From Nemertoderma westbladi (Eukaryota; Animalia; Xenacoelomorpha): a DNA stretch of 64,000 bases. Positions 27,201 to 37,500 of the stretch are shown here, piece by piece (positions within the stretch are counted from its first letter, which is position 1; each line of letters begins with the position of its first letter). The stretch covers positions 1 through 64,000 of the forward strand of contig JAUCBJ010002550.1 of the NCBI GenBank assembly GCA_032718475.1, in the 5' to 3' direction. The position numbers and the translations under genes were made by a program. The notes beneath the pieces were generated by a model. The model saw nothing but the letters and a program-made list of their open reading frames with translations, ran no database searches and was not told where the DNA came from.

Positions 27201-29030
27201 GAAACTCGATCTAACTATACCGACCAGCACATCGTGGCAGAAGGGATCACACTGCCATCCTCCAACCGACAAAAACCCCAGACAACATCCACAAAGACGG
27301 CCACTTACGCCACACCGACGGAATCACGACAATTCTCAGACGGTAATAGAGTATCTGCGCCCATTGGGACGAAACAGACGAGACAGCAACTCAGCACCGA
27401 CTTCAACGGCTGCCAATACTGCGAACATCTAGGTAAGCGGTATATTGGTCACAAGTTACGAGGTTGTCGACAATTTCGCGAGTTGAACTCGGAAGAACGA
27501 CGGCTGCAGATACGGCCACTGGACTCTTGTTGGCGGTGTACGCGACACGGACACGTCCGTAAGGATTGCCCAAATACCGACACTTGTCCATCCTGTGGAC
27601 GCAACCACGACATTCTGCTCCACACAGACAGCCACACGCCGACGAAACGCTTCGCCAGGGAACACCCAGAAGCAGCAGCGAGATGTGATGCGGCTTACCG
27701 AAAACGAGAATCGAAAACGACTCCAACCTTCGTGACCCATATTGAGGATTGCTTCTCAGAACAATCCGGATCGTCGGACGAAGAATCAGAAGACGACGAT
27801 GTATATTCCAATGGAGACGAACAACCGTCGATCGCGCTTCTAACCACTGACCAACTGAAGGGATTCAGTGTAATCCCGATTAAGATCACTGGCACAAAAG
27901 GGAGTAAGAGGATTTACGCGATTCTAGACTCAGCCTCATCTCACAGTTACGTGGATGAAAAGATAGCTGACGTCGTAACGGATCTCAGACAAGGTAAACA
28001 CGTCAGTTATACAGTAAGTAGTATGCACGGCCAGCGTGCAATACCAGTGACACGAGTTAAGTTGGACTTAGACTCTCTTCTTCCAAAATCGCAACACAGC
28101 GAGAGGGAGAGGTCTTTGTTACCCTTTAGAGATCTAACCTTTGCGGCCACGAAGGACTTTAGTAACCTACTAGGTCCAGTGCCGGAACAATCTCTGGAGG
28201 ACCGTAAGTATTTCAGACACCTTGGTGTACCTGAATGTCCTGTCAATTATAGATCGGTAGCAATGCTGATCGGGACGGACCAATTCAACCTACATCAGGT
28301 GTGGGAAACCAGACCATCGGCAGTTGTAGCGGGAAACGCATACGCCTGCAGAACGCCGATAGGGTGGTATACTCGAGCGCCTGTGCGCACACTAGACGTA
28401 AGTGACGAGGAAGACGATGTACAGAGTACATGTAGTTTATTAACTACAAATTCAATTCATTCCTTTTCACACGACGTGAACCATACTACACTACAGTCGA
28501 CAAAACACGACAGACGTGTAACTAGTATGATAAGTCACAAGGAGCAGCTAACCCACAAGGTGAGTTTAGAACTTGGGGAGAAGACGAGTCAGCTGGAGAT
28601 TCCATCGACGACAGATGATAGGCTTGCGAGTCTACCTACCCCAATAACCTCAACAGTGCCCGTCGATATCGATGATGACGCGTTGAGAAATCATCAGTTG
28701 GAACAAGCCGCCTTGGACAAAGAATTAACGGAGAAGACTATCAGGTGGTTAGAACAAGATACAGCTGAACCTGGTAGCTACGAACCTTGTATGTCGGAAC
28801 AGGAGAAACAATCTCTGAAGATCATGGAAGATACTATCCGCCAGACGAAAGACGGACATTATGAGGTAGGGATGTTATGGCGTAGCCAAAGTCCTAAACT
28901 TATAAACAACTATCCACTGGCTTTAAGACGTCTACACTCAATCCGACAACGTCTATTAAAAGACGAGAAAGCCCATCTGCAGTACAACACTCAGATGGAG
29001 ACGTATTTGACGAAGGGATACGCTATCTGA
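24219..29030 (+). CDS. BEL-1 Gag-protease polyprotein (ends at an in-frame TGA just before RT)
   Basis: Coiled-coil N-terminus and BEL gag core (PPKFSGSSKHW...EKFNYL). Three BEL-type Cys/His fingers (CQYC..H..C, CWRCTRHGHVRKDC, CPSCGRNHDILLH), protease ILDSAS, pre-RT motif YEVGMLW...NNYPLALRRL. Confidence 0.93.
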   Translation: MSDKQDYTKNTQTDYDSCDGDKSAAEEQQGKTREPTEPTPCASPVHPTGVPDAVVRGDGRTEDFLTVPQPRYRETEMVSSAGSTESVVRSVGGYMAHITRSIGEGQRILDGLTAPMSRFEFYTLQVRVQSKVYKSVDNLVGLQDLARQRQDMDTQLRILEKLMITREKLIQFKSTIRQIQQEQADQLLGESVSDELLQPEEEQELYRLDGQLKHLTDHLRMCGEDVGDLETVPEYTKETSPVRIESAPGILDQSLVSIRSEICEGSIVTSEVARQQQEFHRQRQEMEEQAQLLVMQAAVEEEKLRVANIARISHLQEQAELEAAEVERLELDIARQAAAAAAESERQAAAAAAESERQAAAAAAESERQAAAAAAELERDRLVSEARAEMKTRQIKAQSAIRQAEFEAQRQQTEQREKTAKLHFELEKKARELANAEEDLDQRARDRSMRSRDGHDLDQLEVRHRQIQERKKEGSVGAPGRERQLVKDVCQRFPQVTHMFAPVTTKEPVSIAGSSDISPIHGATEHRFVIPDEFIPPRATSSPIPKVKVSNPPITDRSSLLTGPALLTTKQVSPPLTPKPVTHYAYPMTFRPTRPVVSNAVIRPPNQFTSQSTTSRKTCEPTEQRRTVETRPFNQFTSQSTTSRKTCEPTEQRRSVDDVPKRTVRIRTTQRTRARRPPYPDDSSTSSESDYPKREVFRTGAADEYKRERSDNSFADNPPQNTPTQKALPPAGAIGAQQFADIVNKLARIEERLEEGYTDSSRNSEFEHNRHPKGPQRPVPSNPTSDQGKAPRRENINQTTNQGRETLNVAEEIAKFAARQGLPVQQPPKFSGSSKHWHTFVDYIESQIAVCAFTSREKFNYLLQTLSGEPKRLAETFVGVPDAFELAYDRLTSIYGGTVSMARSVIEELCKGGAITKPVDLLKLADEIKNAITTLRSIGQLDYGNTPTVLLKIIGRLHHRLRREWRKVEYQREERGGFLKLEDVYLLISREAVVETRSNYTDQHIVAEGITLPSSNRQKPQTTSTKTATYATPTESRQFSDGNRVSAPIGTKQTRQQLSTDFNGCQYCEHLGKRYIGHKLRGCRQFRELNSEERRLQIRPLDSCWRCTRHGHVRKDCPNTDTCPSCGRNHDILLHTDSHTPTKRFAREHPEAAARCDAAYRKRESKTTPTFVTHIEDCFSEQSGSSDEESEDDDVYSNGDEQPSIALLTTDQLKGFSVIPIKITGTKGSKRIYAILDSASSHSYVDEKIADVVTDLRQGKHVSYTVSSMHGQRAIPVTRVKLDLDSLLPKSQHSERERSLLPFRDLTFAATKDFSNLLGPVPEQSLEDRKYFRHLGVPECPVNYRSVAMLIGTDQFNLHQVWETRPSAVVAGNAYACRTPIGWYTRAPVRTLDVSDEEDDVQSTCSLLTTNSIHSFSHDVNHTTLQSTKHDRRVTSMISHKEQLTHKVSLELGEKTSQLEIPSTTDDRLASLPTPITSTVPVDIDDDALRNHQLEQAALDKELTEKTIRWLEQDTAEPGSYEPCMSEQEKQSLKIMEDTIRQTKDGHYEVGMLWRSQSPKLINNYPLALRRLHSIRQRLLKDEKAHLQYNTQMETYLTKGYAI

Positions 29031-32000
29031 ATGACTAACCCGGAGCGAGTGACCGACCAAACGTATTACTTGCCACATCACTACGTGAGACACCCCGACA
29101 AACCAGACAAAGTACGTGTAGTCAATGACTGTGCGGCTCTGTTTGAGGGAATGTCCCTCAATAGTGAGTTGATGGATGGACCGAACATGAATAATTATCT
29201 TATGGGGGTGATTATGCGCTTCCGTCAGCGTCAAGTAGCCTTTACTTGCGACGTTGAAGCGATGTTTCACCAAGTAAAAGCGTTAGAGCGAGACAGAGAC
29301 AGTTTGCGGTTCCTCTGGTATCCGGAAGGAGATTTAAGTCTACCACCGGCGACTTACCAAATGCAAGTTCGCGTTTTCGGTGCCAGAGACAGCCCAAATT
29401 GTACGATGTACGCCCTAAAGCAGGCCGCTAGGGATCAGAAACATCTATATGACCCAGAGATAATTAGAATTGTGGAGCGTGACTTTTACGTTGATGACGG
29501 ATTACAGAGTTGCGACACAGTAGAACGTGCTACAACAGTAGCACATCAATTACGGGACTGCTTGGCGGGCGGAGGTTTTAACCTCACCAAATTCGCCTCA
29601 AACAGTGCCGAATTAGTAGACTCATTCGGAACTACTGAGCGTGGAGGTGGTGACATAGACCTAGAGTTCGAACCACTACCGACGACCAAGGTGTTGGGGC
29701 TCTTTTGGGACCCAAACACAGACAACTTTCGAGTGAAGGTGAGACTGGACAGTCAAGGGAACACACTGACAAAGAGATCATGCTTGTCAAAGTTGAGCCG
29801 ATTGTTCGATCCGTTAGGATTCATCAGTCCAGTGATACTGCAAGCCCGCATTTATATGCGCAGTATATGGAAGGATGGACTAACTTGGGACGAGCCGATC
29901 TCATCAGACCAAGTGGACTTATGGAAGACCTGGGAGGCGGAATTATCTTCGCTAGAGGATTATTCCATACCCAGGGTTTACTTTCCATTGCAAAGTACAT
30001 TTCCTGACAACTTGGAACTACACTGTTTTTCTGACGCCAGTGACAACGGTTTTGGTGTGGCAGCGTACCTGCGCAGACAAGTAGAATCAGACGAGTTCGA
30101 TGTTTCGCTCATTACTTCTAAGGCTAAGACCATGCCTACTAAGTATATGACGACACCACGAGCCGAGCTACAAGCCGCAACCCTGTCAACCACCATCGTG
30201 AACCTCATACAGACAGAACTACAGTCGAGTTTACAGATATTTTATTGGACTGACGCGACGTTGGTTTTATTTTACATAAACAACGACACACTCGAATTCA
30301 AGACATTCGTTGCTAACCGTCGCGCGGAAATTCTAGACCGTTCAATAAAAGGGGATTGGCGACATTGTCCCGGACCACAAAACCCAGCTGATATTGCGTC
30401 GCGAGGAATGATGCCTGAGGAATTCTGTAAACCGGAGAACAAAGAGTTTTGGCAACACGGACCCCAGTTCTTGCAGAAATCGACACAAGATTGGCCTCCG
30501 TTATACGACAACAAGTCCAACACTATTCCCAAGGACGCCGAAATCAAGAAACCAAAAAAGGGGAAGACAAAGAAAAAGACGACGGCGGCGAAACTCAAGA
30601 AAAAACCGAAGGCGAAATGGAAAGATATAACTTCAAAGGTCAAGAGAGGAAGACTTGCGAGCCTTTCTACACCAGACATATCGCCAGACGGTCAACCAGA
30701 CACGTTACCAGACGGTCAACCAGACACGTTACTAGACAGCCAACCAGACATTTTGCCAGACATATCACAAAATGTTCCACCAGACGCTAGTAACACACTG
30801 ACAAACAGTAAAGCCGCAGTTTCCCTATTGGAGCGGCCTTCTATTGACAAACAACCAGATACGTTACTAGACGTATCGCCAGACACATTACTAGACAGTC
30901 GACTAGACACTAGTAATGTATTGACTAACAATAAAGCCGCAGTTTCCCTATTGGAGCGGCCTTGTATTGACAAACTACCAATTTTGACACACTTGAGCAA
31001 CCATAAGCACGGTGAAACCTCATGTATTACAGATGTGGGTAGTACCTACGCTAATGTAAATACAGGTGTTACTTTGCGCTCAAGAGACATACCGAACTTG
31101 CAACCTATGTTGAAACCTGGGATTAATGTCGGCAGGAAAATAAGTTTACCGAAACCTGCTGACCCCATAGAGTTCAAACCACCATTAACGATCGACTTAC
31201 AAAGTACCGACAATCAAGGTAAGAAGACAAAGAAGGACAAATTACTTGTAGACCCCGACGGATCAACAGTCAACAAGGGAATACTTACCGGCGGACCCGT
31301 GGGCCCTTCTAGTAATTCAAAACCTTCCAAGTTCTCCATTGACTTACCTGATGACGTCACAAATACTTACGTCGACCGTATCGTAAACTTAACAGACTCT
31401 TGGTCAAACGCTTGCCGAAAATTAGCGTGGATTGTACGTTTTGTACAATACGTTAAAGGCAAACGTGACTTTACACGTCGACTTACATTGGCTGAGATTG
31501 ACAGGTGTGAGATTAAATTAATTCGCCATTACCAACTGCGATATTTCGCGCGCGAATTCACATCTATAAATCAAGGTCAACCAATCAAGTCACCGATACT
31601 GAGTTGGAGTCCGATTATTTATAATGGCTTGATTTGTCATAAATCTCGGCTTCAAAACATTGACTTTAACACAAACTTTAGGTACCCAATAATAATACCG
31701 CAACATCACGAACTACAACGTGCAATGATACTGGACGCACATTTACATCTGAAACACGCTGGAAGACACCACTGTCTTTCCTACTTACGTACTAGATTTG
31801 TATTAATTAGACCCAGTAAAGCATTAAGTTCAGTGACACGTACGTGTATTATTTGTAAAAAGGTACATTCTAGAATAGGTACCCAAGAAATGAGTGAACT
31901 ACCACAAGCACGACTTCAAGCATTCAGACCACCTTTTACAGAGACTGGAATTGATTGCTTTGGTCCCATACATACGAAACGTGGACGTATACTAGTAAAA

Positions 32001-32384
32001 CGCTGGGGACTGATTTTCACATGTATGTCCAGTAGGGCAGTTCACATTGAACGTGTGATGGATCTTTCCACCAACGCGTTTATACTAGCACTGCGGCGAT
32101 TTATCGCTAGACGCGGACTAGTAAAATGCTTGTACTCAGACCAAGGGACAAACTTTGTTGGTGCTCGGAATGAGATTGCTAGAGCCTTTAAGAAATTAGA
32201 TCATGATCAAATCTCGAACGAACTGCAACCTCACAAGATTGTTTGGAAGTTCAATCCTCCAGATAGTCCTTGGAGAGGCGGAGTCTGGGAGAGACTGATT
32301 AGATCTATCAAAGACAGCAATGGCAAAGGTCATTCCAGTAAACCACATATTAACAGACGACCAACTGACAACATTGTTTGTTGA
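29031..32384 (+). CDS. BEL-1 RT-RNase H-integrase (same frame as gag, frameshifted near 32310)
   Basis: YYLPHH, KVRVVND, SLNSELMDGP, DVEAMFHQV, FYVDD, FDPLG, HCFSDAS, TPRAELQAA, WTDA, NPADIASRG. Integrase HHCC, GIDCFGP, SDQGTNFVGA, GGVWERLIRSIK. Confidence 0.94.
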   Translation: MTNPERVTDQTYYLPHHYVRHPDKPDKVRVVNDCAALFEGMSLNSELMDGPNMNNYLMGVIMRFRQRQVAFTCDVEAMFHQVKALERDRDSLRFLWYPEGDLSLPPATYQMQVRVFGARDSPNCTMYALKQAARDQKHLYDPEIIRIVERDFYVDDGLQSCDTVERATTVAHQLRDCLAGGGFNLTKFASNSAELVDSFGTTERGGGDIDLEFEPLPTTKVLGLFWDPNTDNFRVKVRLDSQGNTLTKRSCLSKLSRLFDPLGFISPVILQARIYMRSIWKDGLTWDEPISSDQVDLWKTWEAELSSLEDYSIPRVYFPLQSTFPDNLELHCFSDASDNGFGVAAYLRRQVESDEFDVSLITSKAKTMPTKYMTTPRAELQAATLSTTIVNLIQTELQSSLQIFYWTDATLVLFYINNDTLEFKTFVANRRAEILDRSIKGDWRHCPGPQNPADIASRGMMPEEFCKPENKEFWQHGPQFLQKSTQDWPPLYDNKSNTIPKDAEIKKPKKGKTKKKTTAAKLKKKPKAKWKDITSKVKRGRLASLSTPDISPDGQPDTLPDGQPDTLLDSQPDILPDISQNVPPDASNTLTNSKAAVSLLERPSIDKQPDTLLDVSPDTLLDSRLDTSNVLTNNKAAVSLLERPCIDKLPILTHLSNHKHGETSCITDVGSTYANVNTGVTLRSRDIPNLQPMLKPGINVGRKISLPKPADPIEFKPPLTIDLQSTDNQGKKTKKDKLLVDPDGSTVNKGILTGGPVGPSSNSKPSKFSIDLPDDVTNTYVDRIVNLTDSWSNACRKLAWIVRFVQYVKGKRDFTRRLTLAEIDRCEIKLIRHYQLRYFAREFTSINQGQPIKSPILSWSPIIYNGLICHKSRLQNIDFNTNFRYPIIIPQHHELQRAMILDAHLHLKHAGRHHCLSYLRTRFVLIRPSKALSSVTRTCIICKKVHSRIGTQEMSELPQARLQAFRPPFTETGIDCFGPIHTKRGRILVKRWGLIFTCMSSRAVHIERVMDLSTNAFILALRRFIARRGLVKCLYSDQGTNFVGARNEIARAFKKLDHDQISNELQPHKIVWKFNPPDSPWRGGVWERLIRSIKDSNGKGHSSKPHINRRPTDNIVC

Positions 32385-32877
32385 AATCGAGGCAATACTA
32401 AATACTAGACCAATAGTATTAGTACCCGATGACAAACAATCTCAGTTTGCTTTAACACCAGCACACCTGCTTATGCAGGCACCGACCACATTGACGCCGA
32501 TTTCCACTCCAATGGAAAGCGATAGCTACGGTAGAAAAGCGTGGAAAATCACGCAACTACTAGCTAACAAATTCTGGGAAATATGGCAAAACCATTATTT
32601 GCCCTCTATTTCTGCCAGAACAAACTGGTACAATAACACCCGCGCATTAAAGCCGGGAGATCACGTGCTGTTGGCAGAAGTGAATCTAAAAAGACGCTTC
32701 TGGATAACAGGTGTCATTTTAGCCACACATCCATCTATGGATGGAGTGACAAGAACTGTGACGGTACGGACAATTGACGGTCGTACAGTAGACAGACCGA
32801 CTCAACGTCTCGTACTTCTTGAAGAGACTCGTAACGAGTCTGGAGACTACAAATCTCCACCTAATACTAGTAAATAA
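32320..32877 (+). CDS. BEL-1 integrase C-terminal part (after the frameshift)
   Basis: EIEAILNTRP, LTPAHLL, FWEIWQNHYL, W..GVI....PSMDGVTRTV.VRT: the typical BEL integrase C-terminus. Confidence 0.92.
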   Translation: MAKVIPVNHILTDDQLTTLFVEIEAILNTRPIVLVPDDKQSQFALTPAHLLMQAPTTLTPISTPMESDSYGRKAWKITQLLANKFWEIWQNHYLPSISARTNWYNNTRALKPGDHVLLAEVNLKRRFWITGVILATHPSMDGVTRTVTVRTIDGRTVDRPTQRLVLLEETRNESGDYKSPPNTSK

Positions 32878-33538
32878 TTAGGAGTTTACAAATAGATTTC
32901 CACGTACCTGTACACCGTAGTAAGGACAGCGGTAGAATTCCATTGTCTTTATATGTGAACATTGAGGGTAGTACCCTTATGTGTCACATAGGAGCGGGAT
33001 TTGTAGGTATAAGAAATGGAATTCTACTTGGAACTCACAATATTGAGACATTTTCGAAATTTTAGACAATCCATTTGGATTTGAAAAAATTTTAAAATTT
33101 TCTCCAGTGAATAGATTTCAGGGTACAGTCGGGTGGAACTTAAAATTAGAGAAACAAGAGGAAGACTTGCGAGCCTTTCTTAAAATTTAATTAAAATTTT
33201 ACACGGTCTTGTTTCAATAAGTTACATCAAATAAATAGACTCCCCTATATTTATTACTAATTCTTGACTGCTTATTTTCTGATAATAGTTTGGGATCAAA
33301 AAGTGAGTATTTTAGACTCACAGCCAGTTTAGCCCAAATTCGTTTTTATTTCGGCAAAAAATTTTAGATAAGAAGCAGCGTGTCATTAAAGAAACCCTAG
33401 ATCTTAGGCTATGGGTAGGAGGTTAGAGCGTTGTCGAAGCCCAAAAGGCAGACGAAACTCTCACGTCTCCTCACAACTAACCACAAACTCTGTTGTATTC
33501 CCTCTAGTAGTAATGATTATGTAACTACACCTCTAATT

Positions 33539-35241
33539 ATGGAGAAAGGGATACAAAGAGAGCCGAGATGGGGATATGATATCCAAGAGGAGGCGGCAGC
33601 TTCATTCGAACGATTTGGAGCAAAAGACTACACTATATTTGGTATAAAGGAATTATCAGAAAGTACAGCGAAGCTCGCAAAGACAGCAATGCCTTTACTC
33701 GAGCAGGATTTAGTATATTTCGAGACGTGTATCTTCGCTGTGCGGGATCTCTTATCGAAAGACCATCTATGTTTACATTGTTACCCTATGAAGGAGAACG
33801 TATCGTGGAGATTACGGATGAATCACGGCAGACGCGTGCGCCTATCGGTCACCTTGGTGATGAATTCGAAGTAACTACTACGATCGCCGACGATCCTTTA
33901 GAGGAACTTCTTGAGATTGAAAGGAACCTCCCGAAGAAATCTCAGACGGAGATTCGACAACTTGAAGCAACAGATGCTATAGTTTGTATACAACCTTCAG
34001 AAACCTACCAACCCATAGACCCAGATGATTACGATTATAGTATGGGAGGAAGCGCTCGACCGATTGGAGATTTTATATACGAACGAGTGTGGTACCCTGC
34101 CAATACGATGTGTAGTAAATGTGGCGTCGCTGGACATCATATGACAAAGTGCAGTGGAAAGCACATTACTACGACTCAGCTAATCTGTGGATGGTGTGGG
34201 GATCAAGGGTCTCATACCTTTTATACTTGCTGGAGATTTATGGCTCAATGTACTTACTGCAATATAAAGGGACATCGAGCATCTGAATGCCAACTGAGAG
34301 ACATACCTTATGAACACGAATCTGTAAAACTCGTGAGGAAGTTATTTGATGAGTGGGAAGATTTAGCCGACGAACATGTATCGGCACAGAGAAGACGGTT
34401 TCCGATGAGAGCGCATCTCGGATTTTGGGCGGTAAATCCCCAGACGATGATGTCGGAAGGATACATCTCCGCTATGCCTCAATATGACGAACTTATCGAG
34501 GTTGTCGATATTTTGCCCCACGACAGCGGATTCCGAGTGGTGCGCGAGTATCTGTTACAAATTCACCCGGATAACAAAAACACGTGGAATTTTCAGAAAG
34601 TCGTTAATCGGATTACGTATGGTGAATTCGATCGTTTCCGAACTGAAAGGCGGAACAAGGGAGCTTGGTTAACCGTCGCATGGGCGTACCGAGCCGCGTT
34701 TTACCACAAACGTATACGAGCGAGCGTATTCGAGGAAGAAGAGGTCCTAGAGGCGACGAACATATCAGCCACTCCGGTTGCGCCGTCTGCACGTCACCCT
34801 CGGGAGGACGGGCAGGGTAGGATCATACGGGTCCAGAAAGTGGGCCAACAATTGAAGAAAATTATTAATGTAGAAGAACGCAAGGGAGTTGAGCCGACCA
34901 TTCGAGTTACTCGGGATACGGTATCACTTCCAAGAGAACCAGTAGGAGGATCGGGACATACACCAGCTGATCAACAGGGGGCGCAAGCTACTCTCGGGTC
35001 TGCGTCGTCCGCTTCTCACGCGTTCCCAGACGTTCTACCAACTGTAGTGACGACTGATCGGTCACGAGGAATTGGTCGAGGTTTTGGGATGCCAAATAGA
35101 CGAATTTGCGAGGAAATAGTCGCACCGTCTCTCAACGTCCCAAGTAAACCAGTGACTCGCCCCACGAGTCCCATATCGCGAGCAAAGTCACCTGTGCGCA
35201 GTTTTCGAGGACGCGGCAGGGCTCGATCAACTAAACGATAA
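33539..35241 (+). CDS. BEL-1 ORF3: triple CCHC zinc-knuckle protein with an Arg/Pro-rich tail (probable frameshift near 33727)
   Basis: CSKCGVAGHHMTKC, CGWCGDQGSHTFYTC, CTYCNIKGHRASEC; ends RGRGRARSTKR. The ATG at 33539 joins the 33727 frame if 2 nt are removed at GAGACGTGTAT. Confidence 0.75.
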
Positions 35242-36145
35242 AAGGGAGGGCAAGGGTGGACGGAAGACTCGTGAGCCTTTCTTATGATTTGTGATTTATT
35301 TGAATTATATGTTTTATATTTAGAAAGTTTGTATTCTGAAAGGGACTCATATTTAGTAAAAACTTATATTTTATATTTGTGCTTATTCCAAACTTATGCA
35401 ATTTGTATTGTTCCGAATTTATGAAATTTAGAAAGTTTAGAAGGAACTTATATTTGAAAGATTTATGTTTCATATTTGAGATGCAAAGGTTTATATTATT
35501 CTAAACTTATGCAGTTTATATCTATATTTAGTAAGACTACCCAAAAGAGAGTTTATATTTGTAAGAATTTATATTTATATTTGTAATTATTTCGAACTTA
35601 TACAATTTATATTATTCCAAACTTATGCAATTTGTATTGTTCCGAATATTATGCAATTTATATTTTATAAGCAGTATTTGTACCTAAAGAGAAAGTTTTA
35701 TAGACAGAAAATTTTGTGCTCAGAAAGACTCATATTTGTAATTATTCCAAACTTATGCAATCTACATTTAGGTACGAAAGTATTTGTAATTACTTGAATT
35801 TATGCAATATTTGGGATGCAATAGTAGATGGAAGACTCGCGAGCCTTTCTTATTGTTTTCATTTATTTGTATTTGTAATTGTTTGAATTTATGCAATATC
35901 TGAGATGCAATAGATTTATATTGGTGAATTTAATTTAGATTTATATTGTACTTACTTAGCAAAGCCTTAAATACGTAAAGTTTGAATTTGTAATTATTTT
36001 GTATCGAATCATTACGTAGAAAGGAAGTATTGTTTGAAATTTAATTGTAAATATGTAAGTACGCCCTAAGTATTTTATAGTTTGATTGATTATTGGTGAA
36101 AACCGTATATTTTATGCACGATAATATCCTGTTTTCATGGAGCGG

Positions 36146-36286
36146 TATAGAATTATATTCCCTAAATGCCGTGGATTTTCAAAATTTTATTTTATTCGGA
36201 TTAACTTTGTAAAGATTGCTTTGAGTTCTCATTCGTATTGGTTCTATCTATTATGCATCTATCGGTCAAGTGGTTCAGTAGCTCAG
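36146..36286 (+). repeat. 3' LTR of BEL-1, part 1
   Basis: Matches 21505-21645; preceded by a short purine-rich GGAGCGG (weak PPT). Confidence 0.92.
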
Positions 36287-37500
36287 CCCAAAAACAGTTG
36301 GCCTCGAGGTGCGTCCTAGGTGCGTCCTAGGCTAAGCTGAGGTCCGTCCTAGGCAGAGGGCTAAGGTACGTCCCAGGCAGAGACAAGTTTGATTGGTTGT
36401 TCCACTTGCTAGCTAGGGAATTCCTTCTTGAATCCGTCATAGTAAGCGAGGCCTGTGATTGGCTAATTCAGAATTAATGTGCTGTTTGTTATTGTAAATT
36501 TTCTGGATGCCGAGAATGGATTGTAAAGTAGTATTAATTAAGAATTAATTCAAATGTAACTAAATATTACGTTACGGAAAAAATTTACAAAAAATATGTG
36601 AATGCTCCATTTTATATTTTTTATTTGTATTCTTGTTTAAATCAAACAAACAGGTAAATAATGAGTTGTGCGGTGTAGTGTAAATTATCATTGTTTGGTT
36701 GTGTGGCAACTGGAGTAGCAGGCTGGGTATTTGGGTAGCCCCAGTTGTGCGGGCCTGGACAGGGTTTCCATCCAATGCTAACATGTATTGCAACTGTATA
36801 ATGTTTAGAATGCCAGTGAAACAAAATAGGAGGGTCCTTAGTAGTCAACTGGAGTGGCAGCCAATATCGTAAATATTCATTCCAGAACATGTATTTATTT
36901 AACATGGGTTATATGCAGTTCATTAGTTGCACAGAAAAGGAGACACATAGTATGTTGAAGGTGGAGTTGATTCTATTGGTTGTCTGACTCGACGGCTGGG
37001 ATATCCCAGTGAGCGTATACAATAGCAGGGCTTCCCTCTAATAATGGTATCACAATGCTACTATAGTATATTATTTTTCATGGCTTGCGTTTATGTGCCT
37101 ATTAATCAGTAGTATTTAGTATTGTAACTGTAACAACTGTGTTGTTAATAATATTTCTTATAATTGTATATATTTGCTGCTACCTGTAATACATTTTACA
37201 ACTTTAATTATTTAATTAATTAGTTAACCTAATTTTAACTTATTAATTGGATATTCCTGTTTTGATTTCTACATAAAATAACCGTATATAAATTGCAGGT
37301 TTAGTTACATTTTAATTTTATAGTTTCGGTTTGTAATTTTTCACTTTGTCATACAAACTTAAATTTGTAAAAAAAGCTCTGTAAGTTAAATACAGTAATT
37401 TTAAAAAATAAGCAATGCATAACACAGATACACAAACAGGGGGGGGGGGGGGGGGGGCAGTGGAAAAGTGTACCCGGGCCGCTATGTCCTAAATTAGAGA

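Noticed and set aside
23683-33211. 11-nt inverted match CAAGACCGTGT (23683-23693) / ACACGGTCTTG (33201-33211) bracketing gag-pol
   Set aside because: Neither position was fixed in advance, and dozens of such pairs are expected by chance in 20 kb.
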